DNA of 64,000 nucleotides from Haliotis rubra (lineage: Eukaryota), in NCBI RefSeq assembly GCF_003918875.1, contig NW_025767658.1, forward strand, positions 124,001 through 188,000, given 5' to 3'. A program made the position numbers and the translations under genes. The notes below the pieces were generated by a model, which worked only from the letters and a program-made list of their open reading frames with translations, made no database searches and was not told the DNA's origin. Of the stretch, positions 1 to 14,400 are shown one piece after another (the first letter of the stretch is position 1; each line of letters opens with the position of its first letter).

Positions 1-288
1 TCTTAAAAGGTTTGAAGCGAAGTCTGCACGTTCATCTTTTGATGTATTGATATAAAATATGTATCTGTCATTGTAGCGACACCCGTGACAAATAAACTGA
101 TACTTGTTTAGAAAATGTTAAAACTTGCATTGAGAAGGCAACGCCAAACGTAATCCACTGCTTGTTTGATCGGCATTCGGTTGATTCACATTACTTTTCA
201 TCTCACCATGCGCATGCACAGAGCGTGTACAAAATATCCACTGGCCTTGTTCCAGTTTGGGCATCTGCTGACCGATAGTGTGAATATA

Positions 289-842
289 CACTAAACGCCA
301 AAAGAAACGTTACCCTGCTTCCTTAATGGCGGAGGTACCTATCTTCAGCTGGCGTTGTGATGTCCACTTCTTGGTCTATCTACGGTGACCCCAGTCTGTC
401 TGAAGCCCTGATGAAGTCTGATAACTGTGATACGGTGGCATCCGAGGGCGTTGGCAACAACATTGTATGTGGACCCAATCTGCAACATCCCAATGGCTCT
501 TTCTCTCTCTTCAACTGTTAATCGTGGCATATTTCTCGTACTTGCGCATCATATCATGTATTCTAGGCTCTCTTCATACCCTGTAGAATCAGTCTACATG
601 TGAAATGGACGCAAATACTGCTTTAATATTGCTGCGTTTTGGCGATTGGTATTTCTATGTTTAAACAAAAAATGATACTGTGCATTTCACCTAAATATGA
701 AAGCATTTTAGATTTTTCTTCGTGATTTACATAAAGCTGTGTTTTTCAGCTTTCTTGTAAACTAATACCTTCTAAGATATCTGTGATAGTTTTTAAGTAA
801 TTCATAAAGGTAGGAGGGTAACGTTTCTTTTGGCCTCTAGTG
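289..842 (-). mobile_element. Internally deleted Tc1/mariner element
   Basis: 28-bp TIRs cactaaacgccaaaagaaacgttaccct / agggtaacgtttcttttggcctctagtg flanked by TA. ORF 345-530(-) is the N-terminal HTH of a Tc1 transposase (MPRLT.EERERAIGML...DRPRSG). Confidence 0.9.
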
Positions 843-1065
843 TACTCTAAATAAAAGCTGTTCAGAAAATTGTTTACGTTGTGACAACTGTTCATATCTC
901 AGTACATACTTCCATTTGGCTATGCTTTCAATAATTGATGTCCTATTTTGGTTTGCAATTGCATCAGAGATGTGTTTTTTAAGTTGTGAGAAGGGGATGT
1001 GCTTGAAGGCCGGTGGTGGTGAGATGTGTTTATACAAGATATACATATACATATATAACATAACT

Positions 1066-1372
1066 TATAGTCTGCTTGCAATGAAAACGTACCGATGAAT
1101 TTCACTTTAAACAAGAAAGTAAATCATAAAAATCATATTTTTACCTTGCAAACTGAACATATAAATATCAGAATTTTATTAAACTTAGGATAAAAGTTGT
1201 TTAACAAACGATCATAGATTCAAATCGCTATTATTGGTTTGTATTACAAGGGGGTAAGTGCAGTAGTTGGAACACTGAAACAAATGCACGTGTGGTACGT
1301 GATGAGCGTTAACTTAGACCAACCCTACTTGTTCTCGGTGTTACATTTAATGTGCACACACCCTTGTAATAC
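1066..1372. mobile_element. Truncated copy of the long-inverted-repeat MITE at 33672-34202
   Basis: Shares one arm and the central spacer with 33672-34202, in opposite orientation. Confidence 0.75.
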
Positions 1373-1879
1373 ATGTGTATTCTCACACGGGTATCAAGAT
1401 AAAAGTTACTACAACCAGGTGCATAGAAGTATATATGCATAATGACAAGCAGAAGATTAACAACAACGTGTAATTTAATTAGCAAGTTGCGCACGGCTGG
1501 ATGGGGCCAGCTGGAGAGTAAGATTACATATTGTAAAGAGGCTGATTGGATGCTGACTGAATAGCTGACTGACAGATTCTATCTGTTCATCAACTTGAAT
1601 ATGACAAAGTCGATATCCACTCCATCGTCCAAGTGATAGAATCAACCACCAATCAGCTTGTTTATCCTGAACGATGAACGTCGCTCTATGCAATAAACAG
1701 GGAGTTGTTATCACATAAGTGGTATGTTTCGTTATGTATCCCCACACTGTTTACTGCAGTATAAGTGAGATATGCTTCAGTTTGCGAATGACCAATCTTT
1801 TGAAGTTGAGTTAAGTTCTACTTTAATAAACGGCTATCTAACAAGTAGATATGAATCGAAGTGTTTGAAAAGAATTTTA

Positions 1880-2600
1880 AAGCGTTTGTTCCTGAAAGAA
1901 ACAGAGCGCCTAAACCACCCTCGTCAGTTTGTCTACAGGGCTGGTCGAGGACGCTACCGTCACTTTATTAAACGTTAAACAATATTTATAAACATTTAGA
2001 ACTTTCCTATTCCTATGTACGAATCCTGTTTGCTGACGTCAGCATTTAATACCATTCAGCCTCATATTTTAATGCAAAAGCTCTGTAATATGTCAGTCAA
2101 CCCATGTGTTTTAAAATGGATAGAACCTTTCCTTGTAAACAGACCCCATTTTGCAACTGTTAATAACACCCAATCAGCAACAACATTCATATCCGCTGGT
2201 GCACCGCACGGTTGTGATATTTTCCCGGTTTTATTTACCCTATATACAAATGACTGTTTTTTATTCATTTTACATACACATGACTGTGTCAATAGGTTTT
2301 CACAAAGTTTACTTTTAAGTTTGCAGGTGACGCCGCACTTCCTGGATTTATAACTATCGCTCTGAAATAAGAAAAAAATGGGGTTGGTGTAAAATCAACT
2401 TCCTTAAATGGAAATGTTAAGAAAACAAAAGAGATGGTTGTTGATTTTCGGAAAAGTAAATGTGAGCTGTTGCCAATTGCCATTGATAACGAAACCATAG
2501 ATGGAAGTAGAGGAATATATGTATCTTGGCACAGTGATAGATTCTCAGCTCATCTGCAACAGTAACACTGATTACATATACAAGAAAGGACTAAATTTAG
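1880..2600 (+). mobile_element. Degenerate non-LTR retrotransposon RT fragment (Rex1/Babar-L2-like)
   Basis: SAFNTIQPHIL...WI..FL..R...GAPHGCDIFPVLFTLYTNDC, then NVKKTKEMVVDFRK and Y.YLG; frameshifted. Confidence 0.85.
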
Positions 2601-3174
2601 ATTTAATAAATACTTCTTTTAAAATAATATAAGTGCACATGCTATTCTTAGCGGCGATGAATCTTTGTCCCAGTATGAAAACGAACTGATAATAAAATTG
2701 GTTTATAATTTCTTAAATGACACCAACCGGTTTCCATAAAGTGTGGTACCATATGCTGTAATTTGTTTGAAATTATTGAAGTTTTTATTTCCACAAATAA
2801 CTCTTTCTTTAAAAGATTATGTTTAGGAGAGACATTTCCATAGGCTGATGCAGCCTGTTTGCTGATCCTTTTTCAGTTTGTAATTTATTAATGTTTTATG
2901 TATGCATATTACATGTCTTTGGGGAAATAAAATACTGTTTAAATCAAAGGACTACAGCAGTTATACCTTTACGTCGTCTTCCCAAATGGGACTGATATGG
3001 ACGTTATGATGAATACAAGCAGTGATGCAGATATAGCAAGGACCTGTGAGTACCTTGAGAATACTCACGCCGACATATTAACTCCATCAGTGGCTGCTTC
3101 GTCCGACGGCAATGTTCACCTCAGGCTAAATATCACCCTCAATATGCACTTCAAGTAAAAAAATATGAAAGATA

Positions 3175-3356
3175 TCCGCCCGTAACCCCTGTATATGTTT
3201 TAATTATCCTGTGCCAAAGAATATTGGCTTATGTTGTTTTTTTTTACATGAATAGTCTATACCTTCGCCTAAACCTAAACCTAAAACGCTAAACCCTAAC
3301 CCCTCGAAATAATCCTAATTAATAGAATACATTTCAAGCGGGGGTTACGGGCGGAA
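3175..3356. mobile_element. MITE with internal cctaaa/cctaac repeats
   Basis: TIR tccgcccgtaacccc / ggggttacgggcgga. Confidence 0.7.
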
Positions 3357-4217
3357 CTCTTACCAAAAACGAAACCGACGAAAATGTAAATTATCCCGAA
3401 TAAAAATTTACTACAATTTACTTCTCGTCTGTTTTTTTTAGTTTTAGACATTTTATTCCTGCACCCCTGTTACAAAACATTGACCTTCATGCCCGGGATA
3501 TGAAGGTCATTGACATAGAGGAAATCTGTTGGCATAATATTTGATGTAATCAGTACTTTACAGTTTACTTTGATGNNNNNNNNNNNNNNNNNNNNNNNNN
3601 NNNNNNNNNNNNNNNNNNNNNNNNNNNNNNNNNNNNNNNNNNNNNNNNNNNNNNNNNNNNNNNNNNNNNNNNNNNNNNNNNNNNNNNNNNNNNNNNNNNN
3701 NNNNNNNNNNNNNNNNNNNNNNNNNNNNNNNNNNNNNNTAAACGTCAGATTAAATTTTTTGGTCTTAGGCATGAAAAATATACAAAAGAATAGGACACAT
3801 TACTATTGCTGCTCTTCTGAAATATATAAAATATGATACAACATCCAAGACTGATGAAATTTATTGTAAGTAGTTCCGGTCCGGGATTTTGCTCATTTAG
3901 CTGTCAGTTAAACCCCGATCTGAAACGAAGGAGCCATGGTTTAAAGCCTGTTTATATATTGTATTGCCTACAGTTTTATATTTACATGCTCGTTTCATAT
4001 CTGAATCTGTTATATTCGGGCTGTTTTTGCTTTCTTTTGTCATGTTATTTTGTATGTCATTTATATATCTCCAGCTTATGTCATGTTATTTTGTATGTCA
4101 TTTATATATCTCCAGCTTATGTCATGAATGTATAACGTGTTTTAGTCAACTTTTAGCTGAAATACAGTCGATGCGACGCAACCATTTATGTCACTCACAC
4201 TCGTTTAATACAATTGT

Positions 4218-4601
4218 GTGGCGTTGCGTGGTCCTGTGCGTAGAGCTCAGGTCACAATCAGTTGAAGTTAAGCAACGTTGGTCGCGGACAGTCCTCGGAT
4301 GGGTGTTCGGTAGCTTCAGTTTCTAGGACTTGAGTCCTGCCCCACAACGAAGCACATGTGACGCATGTGGTCTCACCTTAGGCAAGTGAGTTTGTTCAAA
4401 ATTACCTCTGTCCACCCAGCAGTAAAATTGGGTACCCGGTATGGTAGTCTGAATTTGAACCTTGAGCGCCTGACAGGCGACCGGTTGTATTCTCCACATG
4501 GAGTGTTCTGTACTCGTTGACCAGGGGTAATATGTCAGCGCTTTGAGCATGCTATTATTATTATAAACGCGCAATATAAATGGACTATTATTATTATTAT
4601 T
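4218..4601 (+). mobile_element. SINE with 5S-rRNA-like head, CORE-like body and (TAT)n tail
   Basis: gaagttaagcaacgt..ggacagtcctcggatgggtg resembles the 5S internal control region. Body ccttaggcaagt...ccacccagcagtaaaattgggtacc. Partial minus-strand copies at ~12725-12810 and ~17090-17260. Confidence 0.65.
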
Positions 4602-5103
4602 AACACATTTTTTTTGTCCTGACGAAACGCCTACTAGGCGACTAATCACGGGACTAGTACACTAATTCCGGGGTTAGATCGATGATCAGGATGTCACCTA
4701 TAGCCAGCCCAGTGTGTACCACATTGCATTCACACCCGTCGTCAACAATTATTTTCACTGGAAATGAACATCTCCACCTTTTCCAGGATAATCAATTTTG
4801 CCGCGGAAGCTGCGCTATTATTAAATTCTCAGCTGAAGAGTTCTGGCAATCACTGTGCTGCTACATCAGCTGATGCTGTGTTGTCAATGAAGCTGCCAGA
4901 GCGGACGCGTCTACATGAATAGGGTGAGATGAAACGTGTGTCACATGTACAGTTATACTGAACATAATTTATCAAGAACTGCATGCGACGTTTTACAAAT
5001 CAACTTCACTTTCGTGGAAGAAGGAAAGAGCTGGACAGCATATGAATGAGCAGAGCGAAGAAAATATGATATTTGTTATTAGGAAGGTGTGGAATTATAC
5101 AAC

Positions 5104-5401
5104 ATGAGATTGTTCCTGTTTCTTTGGGGTTTTGCGTCAGTGTGTGCTGGAGTTCACTCTGCTGTGTTTCAAGCCAAAATTTGCTCCATCGTCGTGAACA
5201 ACACTTTCCTGCCTTACGACATCAGACGGGCTGGCCCGGCTATAGATATGGCGCTGGAGCATGTGCGAGAAATCTACGACGGCGTCATCGACTTTTCATT
5301 CGTCTTCCGTGACGGCAGCAGCGTCTGTGGCCCTGCCGTCGTCGGCGTAGAGGCAGCTGACGTCTACCACAACGACGCGCCGACTGTGTTCATTGGCCCA
5401 G
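5104..5401 (+). CDS. Receptor GC exon 1 (signal peptide, ectodomain start)
   Basis: ATG at 5104; MRLFLFLWG...VFIGP; donor G|gtaggt. Confidence 0.9.
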
Positions 5402-8400
5402 GTAGGTAGATTACGCAAAATTGTGTATTGTGTGATTGTTGTGTTGCGAAGAGATGAACAATAACTGATGCCGCAGTAAACAATTTTCACTCACTCACTC
5501 ACCAGCTATTTAAGGACGTAATGTAAACAGTTGAAACCAGACAATTCAGTGATTAACANNNNNNNNNNNNNNNNNNNNNNNNNNNNNNNNNNNNNNNNNN
5601 NNNNNNNNNNNNNNNNNNNNNNNNNNNNNNNNNNNNNNNNNNNNNNNNNNNNNNNNNNNNNNNNNNNNNNNNNNNNNNNNNNNNNNNNNNNNNNNNNNNN
5701 NNNNNNNNNNNNNNNNNNNNNNNNNNNNNNNNNNNNNNNNNNNNNNNNNNNNNNNNNNNNNNNNNNNNNNNNNNNNNNNNCTGCAATATTCCAGCTGTAC
5801 AGCGGCGGTCTGTAAATAATCGAGTTTGGACCAGACAATCCAGTGATCAACAGCATGAGCATAGGTTTTACACCTCTAATCAGAAGGCAGGAAACCTCAC
5901 GCGGCCTGTCCTCTTCCACATTTATTTAAACGCGGTAGAATGTGGAGTTGCCTAGTGGTTAAAGCGTTCGCTGAAGACCCGGGTTCGATTCCCCACATGG
6001 GTACAATGTGTTAAGCCCATGACTGGTGTCCCCCACCGTGATATTGCTGGAATATTGCTAAAAGCGGCATAGAATTAAACTCACTCACTCACCAACTCAT
6101 TCGTCACCATGTGTGTTTCTCCTTAATCAAAATCGAATTCGTCAGTCTTTACAGACTAAATACATCGAGGAGTGAGTGAGTTAAAATTTTACATCGCTTA
6201 GGCAGTATTACAGTCATGTAGCGATGACAACAAGCTAATAGTTTTAAAATATCTGTCGACCAACCTAATGAAAATCAAGACAGGAAGACGAGTTAATCGA
6301 TTCATTCTTACCAATTTATACCCGGCTATAAACCTCTTACAAACAAAGTTTGACCAGCCCACTGGGGATCAAGGGGACTTACAGGGCTTCCTATATGATT
6401 TCCGGAAGGGATTACGTCATCCCTTGGCTAATAAGAAGCTGTATGTTATGCTAGCCAATATTTAAAAGACTTAAAATCTCAAACACTAGACAATAGTATA
6501 TATACACAAAGAACTTAGTTAAGCACCCTCTTACATTCTCACGATTGAATGAGCCCCGGTCTTAACCCTTTGGAGCATATCTGTGACATGATTGGTCGTC
6601 GTGTGCAATAAAGGGATCCTCCTGTACAGAACCTGGCCCGATTGGAAGTTGCTCTACACGAGGAATGGCGTAGACTGCCCTTTCAGGGGACCAGCAGGCT
6701 GTGAAGGGGTACGAGGAGGAGGGTGCTGGCTGTCACACAGTCACACGAAGGTTGTTTACCTTGAATCGTGTAAGACAGCTTGTTCACGTTCCAATACATT
6801 CAGCGTTAAACATTCCACAGACATGATTTTGCATGAAAATCAGTGTTTTTTTATAAAATTAAAAATAGCAATTATCATCATAAAATGAACACGGATTCCA
6901 ATCATTTTGTCTGTTTTTTATGAGTCAAAGGATAATACGGACCAGAAAAGCTCATGTTTATCCATCGTGGTCTTCTCAAGAAGTTTTATATACGTGTTGA
7001 AAACCTATTAGTGCAAAAATATAGGGTTGCTTAATTAAGTTCTTTGTGTATATTTTGATCACTGAAAGGACAATATTTTTATACTACTTGTAATTACCCA
7101 TCGGGACTCAGTGTCATTCATTAGTATATAATACATCTTCACCCTCGTATCCTCTCGTTGTGTGGTGTATTGTTGCCTCTTTGTATCCGTGGATGATGAA
7201 TCTAAGAAGGAGGAAGTCTTTTGTATTTGTTATACATAGAGTTGACATGTCTTAATCCATCCCAGTCCGTTAGGCGATTATAACTGTAACACAATACGCT
7301 GTTGACTCTGGGGTAATGATGTTACCTAGTTCAGTCGCAACAGCTCGTTGATGTAGAAAGTCAGTTTATCGAGATGGTTCAGTAACCTCTCGTGGTGTGA
7401 TGGATGACTGGGGTTTAACGCAGATTTGGTTTTGTCTGAAATATCTCTATGTGTTAGCTTGTTACTGAGGAAAGACGAGTGTCATGCAGGTGAACACTGT
7501 TACTGATTAGAGAAATAGTTCGACTTAGCCCGGGTTCGATATATACAATTCCAATAATAACGTGGCACTTCTATCAATGTAATTGAAAACACAAACCATG
7601 CCTATCCCTTTGCAGCATTCAAATTAACAAAGACATCAAACAATTCAGTTTTTAATCAGCACTGAGAATACATGTTAACAATAACACAATACATCTTAAC
7701 AATAACATAATACATGTTCGTGAGTGAGTTTAGTTTTACGCCGCTTTTAGCAAAATTCCAGGAATATCACACAAGAAATGGGCTTCACACATGTACCCTT
7801 GTGGGGATTCGAACCCGAGTCTTCGGCGTGATGAGCTAACGCTTTAACCACTAGGCTAAGCTAGAATATTGCTAAAGAGCGGCGTGAAACTAACCTCACA
7901 GCATGGGACGCTAGAAATGGACATTAAACACTGTAATGATGTAAAGAATCGAACCAAGGCCCGATTTAACCAGTTTGCTACCCCACAGCTCCTGTTCAAA
8001 GAAGTCTAAGGTATAGCCATTGATTAGAGATCAATCTATACGTCTAAAGGGCAGGGACCCTAACAAATGAAGATGTTCGTGAAGGAGATGTTTGTCTAGC
8101 TAGTCATAGATCCGAGAATTCTGTGGCCTTATTTTGATCTGGGGATTAAGCGACTATTGTTAATTAATAAGGTTGTGGATGGTATCGATGTTCAGTTTGA
8201 TCGTGTTTGTGATGGTTCGACAAGGGCATGTATGGTGGTTGGTTTGGTGTTTTACGCCGCATTAATATTCCAGCTATATTGCGGTGGTCTGTAAATAATC
8301 AAGTCTTGAGCAGACAATCCGGTGATCAACATCATGAGCATCGATCTCGCAGGTTGGATACGATGACAATTGTCAACCAAGTCAGCGAGCCTGACCACCC

Positions 8401-11400
8401 GATCCCGTTAGTCGCCTCTTACGACAGGCATGGGTTACTGAAGACCAATTCTAACCCGGATGTTCACGGGTGACAAGGGGAGGGATCATATTTCAGTTAT
8501 GGTTTGAGTTTGAGTGAGAGTGAGTGAGTGAGTGAATGAGTGTGTGAGTGAGTGAGTTTCAGTCATATTATGACTAAAACACGCTATACATCCTTGATAC
8601 ATAAAGCTAGATTATAAAAACCTGTCGACAATGACTGTAAAAACAACTAGAATATTATCGACATAGATGTAAAACTAAATTAATATTTCATTCAGTGTAA
8701 TGTACAGAAGTCCGCAACTGATCTCTATACTAGGGACCATGGGGACTTCTGCCATTTGCATGGGCTGACTTACACCATCCCTTCAGCCGTTGACGAGTGT
8801 ACTCAAATTACTCATCACTTAATATAACAAATCTGGTAGGTCTGAATTTAACTTTAATGTATTTGGACTTACGTAGCCTCTCAGGAGGACAACATTTTTA
8901 CAATACTTTAACACACTTTCAGGATACGTCCATTAACAATAACTGCTAATTACCCGGGTTTGTATCTTTCATTGCTATAGGATAGAGTACCCTGTGATCG
9001 AAGTCATGATTCAGAACGCCACTGATGCATGTCAAAGTATGAACTGCTTAACCAATACAGGTCGATACTGACAAATTAAACTGTTCAGCATATGTACAAA
9101 AATAACAAACTTCTGATGTGGGTGTTTCGGACAAAATACAACCTGTTTGCTGTCCCACGAGACGTGATATATTCAATAAATACACAACGGCTTTTAGAAA
9201 GTTATAAAACGTGTGTAAATGTGTTATAAATGTAAGATATATTGTATCAATCAATGTTTTTGAAGGGATATTTGCTACATGTTCGGCAAACAAACAGGCT
9301 GTAAGTTGGGTTGATCGAAGGATATAGTGCCATCGGGTGTGTTTCAATTATATTTACCACAGGTTTTGGTCCTAGGGGTACCGCAATCCATATATGTTCA
9401 GTACAAATGTACGAATAAGCGTTAATCAAGCACCATCCACGTGCTATATATACTGGACAAAAATATGTAAATTTTGAAATTATGAATAATGATATATATA
9501 TTTATTGACACACTGATAAACTATCAATCATAAAAATACCAATATCCCTAACTTGTTTTGTCCAGTATATGTATGGAGACACTAATTGTGAATGTGTTGT
9601 TTTTGAAAAACAAATTCCATCGGTTAAATGGTAACTGTAGCACATTTTGTACAATGCCCTTGGCAATGTACTTGCAATCTGTATGGAATACGGAAAAAAA
9701 CGTGAACATCAACAATGTCGGAAGGGATGGTCAGTAGACTGACTAACTGAGTTTGGTTTTGAGCAATTTTTAGCAATATTCCAGCAACATCACGGCGGGG
9801 GACACCAGAAATGGGCTTCACACATTGTACCCATGTGGGGATTCGAACCCGGGTCTTCCGCGTGACGAGCCAACGCTTAACCACTAGGCTAACCCACCGG
9901 CCCTGGTCAGTAGGACTACGTCACGAATCTGACTGTCACACATTTCTGATATAAAGATTGTTGAATTGCATTGACTGAAGGAATCAACACCGGGCTCGTC
10001 ACGTCGAAAACCCTGGTTCGATTCCCCACATGGGTACAATGTTTGAAGCCCATTTGTGGTGTCCCCCCGCCTTGATATTGCTGGAATATTGCTAAGGGGT
10101 CTTCCCATTGTTTCAATAGAAGGAGTCACTGGGGCGTGATAACCCCTTTAATCCCCAATTTTGTTCCCTGTGAAACATTATCCGTGACGAAATGTGATAA
10201 TATATCAGCTATTTTTTAATCAATGTTTATCTTTATTTTTTACTTAGAATTAAAAGAACCGTTATGAGTTTGGTGTCGTTTTCTCAATGACGCTTTGATT
10301 AAAGAGGCCACCCACTCACTCACTCACTCACTCACTCACTCACTCCAGCGTGAGAAAAGAGCCGTTATGAAGCTGACGTCGTTTTCTCAATGGCGCTTTG
10401 ATTAAAGAGGCCACTCACTCNNNNNNNNNNNNNNNNNNNNNNNNNNNNNNNNNNNNNNNNNNNNNNNNNNNNNNNNNNNNNNNNNNNNNNNNNNNNNNNN
10501 NNNNNNNNNNNNNNNNNNNNNNNNNNNNNNNNNNNNNNNNNNNNNNNNNNNNNNNNNNNNNNNNNNNCAGTCTGGCTGTGGAACCTCTGAGCTACATGGC
10601 AGCCAAGTGGAATATCCCCGTCATCACCCCCGCGGGCTCCGCAGGAATCCTGGCAGACAAAACCCTGTTCAAGACCCTCACCAGACTTTCATTCGGCATG
10701 CAGGAATACGCGGAGATGTACCTGTACGTGCTCAACATGTACGGCTGGAAGCACGTGGCTCTCGTCTACGACAAGGACGACGTCTTCTCCGGCATCATTG
10801 GCGCAACCTTCTACAACATCTTCAGATCGACTGACCTTGCGCTTGCTCATCATCCCGTTAGGTCAAGGTCGTTTGGTGATGAGGAGTATCGGGAAGTTTT
10901 ACGGAAAGCGAACCAGGAAGCTAGAGGTATGTGTATATGTGGGTACGTCTCCCCCACAGTGAATTACAGGAAACTACGTTTGTAACGAACATGCATATGA
11001 CGAACTTACGTGTATCACGAACCAGGAAGCTAGAGGTATGTATATGTGGGTACGTCTCCCCCACAGTGAATTAAAGGGAACTACGGTTGTAACGAACATG
11101 CATATGACGAACTCACGTGTATCACGAACCAGGAAGCTAGAGGTATGTGTATATGTGGGTACGTCTCCCCCACAGTGAATTAAAGGAAACTACGTTTGTA
11201 ACGAACATGCATATGACGAACTGACGTGAATCACGAACCATTAAGGTAGAGGTATGTGTGTATGTGTACTTCTTGATAATGTTATTGCCTTTCTACAGCA
11301 AAGTCAGCACAGTTAAGCCAAATAGAATACAACCAATTATATGATAGATCAATGTGTCCGTATTTGTTTTTTGTTGTTGTTTTTCTTGTTTGGTTTTTGT

Positions 11401-14400
11401 ATTTGCGCCCATTTGCAGGGACGAATAGAAACCCAGGGTCCCTGTCCACAAAACGTTCTTAACTTTACGACCTATCGTAACTCTATAGTGTACGAACGTA
11501 GCGCTACGAACGCTTTGCTGATCGGGACCTTGGTATCCGATTGGTGCATTATGAATCGAAAAAGGTCAGTTAAACTTTATTATACTGACTCACTAACGCA
11601 AATATTTTAGCCACACAACTTAGAAACACACGGGGATGTGGATACCACCATTTGAAATTGACAAATCTTTAAATAAGTCTGGATTAGTAAGCTTTTGCGC
11701 CGCTTTCAGCAAAATTCCAACAACATCACGGCGACACGAGAAATGAGATTCACATGTTGTTATCATGTTGTGAATCGAACTCAGGTCTTCGAGCTAGCGC
11801 TTTAACCAATGAGCTACCCCACGGCCCTGCAGGGTTAGTGTGGTCATCTAAATATCATCATTAGGTGTTTTGTACACGGCCCTCATTTGAACTTGCGTGT
11901 TTACAGTGTTCATAGTCTTGGCAGCCCCCGACACCACCCGGAAGCTGCTCCTTCACGCGCATGCGCTGGGATACACGACTGGACAGCATGTTTTCCTGTC
12001 AACTATTCCTGTCGACAAGAAGTTGGATATTTGGCAGAGGAATGATGAACACGATGAGGTATATTGACAAATATGCCAATGTCAGATAAGTATTTTATTA
12101 CAGCGAGAGTCAGAAGATACTTACAGAAATTATTAATTGTTTTTTGAAAATAGCAATGCATACCGTCAGAGATACTTAATCAATACGAAATCGATTACCC
12201 ACAATAACAAAGTATAGATGTTGTCACTGATAAATGAGTGCTCATGGTATTAGCCAGTAGATTTCTGTTACGAAACTGGAGTATTGTTGATCTTGTAAAC
12301 GCTAATTTGCCCAGTATTAAAAACGGATCCGTGAAGATCCGGGTTTTCCGGGTTAGAACTGGTTAGAACCAATGCTTTTCGTAAGAGGCGACTAACGGAA
12401 TCGGGTGGTCAGGCTCTCTGACTGACTGACTGAGTTTGGTTTTACGCCGCTTTTAGCAATATTCCAGCAACATCGCGGCGGGGGACACCAGAAATGGGCT
12501 TCACACGTTGTACCCATGTGGGGATTCGAACCCGGGTCTTCGGCGTGACGAGCCAACGCTTTAACCATTAGGCTACCCCACCGCCCCAGTCAGGCTCTCT
12601 GACCGTTTTGGCACTTGTCATGGTATAACTCGACAATTGCATGGTGTGGCGTAGCAACAACCAATCAACAGACATTACTCCGAATAACCCAACTCCGAGG
12701 CCCCTGAGGTTAACAGTCAAATGACCTATCCCACCGGGTACCCATTTTCTTCTGAATGAGCAGAGGCAAATTGGAATAAACGCGCTTGCCTAAGGCGAGA
12801 CCACATGTGTTTTGATGAGATATTTAGGACAGCTTGAAAGCAATGTCTGGTATGTTCACATATGATGTCCACAGATCGTTAAAGGGGCTTGTCAATCCAC
12901 TGTATTCATCGCCCTGAGTGAGAGCTTCGACCTGGACTACGTCACATTCAAGAGGAACATCGTGAACAGAGCTTTGAGAGACTACAACCTGGACTTCGGG
13001 AAAACCGAGGTGAGTACATCGAGTAAGAATGGATTTATGCCGACTTTAGCAGCTGATTCAATAACATTTTTTAGCTGATCAATATTTCTTCACCAAACTT
13101 GCCACGTAGATAGGTCTTGTGATGAACTGGTGCATTTTGGTAGTTTTGGATTTCTGAATCAAATATTTGTTTCCCCGTTTCCAACAAGCTTGACGTTTTG
13201 GTGCTCTTTTCCGGAGCAGAACTTTAAAAGCGTTCGATATTTCTTCGCCAAACTTGGCACATATCTAGTTCTCATGGATTTCTGAGTAAAATGTTTTTTG
13301 TCTTTCCAAGTTTTACTTTGTCTGAGATTTGTGGTAGTGCTTGTTTCCGGAGCAGAACGTTAACACTTTTCCCTGCTCTCTTTCCACTTTGTGGGATCCA
13401 AGAACCTGATGACATAAATCAACACTCTATCAACATTAGCAACATTACTGAGGTACAACAAACCGTACATTTGACAGTCATAACTAGTTGACATATTCAT
13501 GAAAAGTATTTCCCCATCGCGGGGATATTGATGTCTTCCTGTTACTCCACACACACTACCCCGTCTAATACCCCACCACGTAGGTCTAGTGGACGGCAGA
13601 ATAGACATACTGACAAAACTGTGACAAGAACTTCATACACACAGACAGCTTTATTGATCACGGGACAAATATTGGATTTTGCAGAAGTTTCTTGAACGAG
13701 CCATTAATGATCGTTAGCTCTAATGAGCTGACAGTACTTAATGTGTAGGCGGTAATCTAATGAATATTTCGCAGTAATCGAGTGAAGGAGTGAGTGAGTT
13801 AAAACTTAACGTCACAACGGCAATATTTCAGCCATATAGTGACGAGAAATGTTGTACGTACACTATACATACAAGTAGTTAAATAACCAGTCATCGACGG
13901 ACTGTAAAATAATTAGAGTATCACAAAAAGAGTTAAATCTAGTTAGTATTATTTTTAAAAGTAGAAAACTATTTTGGACAATCCAATGTAAAAATGGGTT
14001 ATTGATCGCCAACGACTGAAGGTAGATCACCATACTAGGGACCAAGGTGACTTACAATGCCTTTGCTACGTGCATGGATCCTAGCAGGATTTACACCATC
14101 CCTTCAGCTGCTGGCGATTGTAGGCAGATTTAGACACGATTAAAATGGCAATAATACTTCCATTAAAAAGGTGGAAGATTAAATTTTTCTTCGAATGTTT
14201 TGGGACTTAGGAAGGCGTTTCCTATTCTCGCGGTACTACCGGATATCGGCTGAAAAAATAACACAAACAATTCTTATCGTATTCATGCTTGTTGTTTTAA
14301 AATGAAGGGCCTTCTCCTCTAACATCTACATCTATCAGCTGCCAGATCCATCAGGTGAATTACCACTCGTGAGCCCGGTGATAAACAATGCCATCCGCCG

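Noticed and set aside
3268-3303. Telomere-like cctaaa/cctaac repeats
   Set aside because: Only a few degenerate units inside a MITE, not an interstitial telomere array.
4255-4310. 5S rRNA gene
   Set aside because: Only the internal control region is similar; it is diverged and fused to a SINE body.
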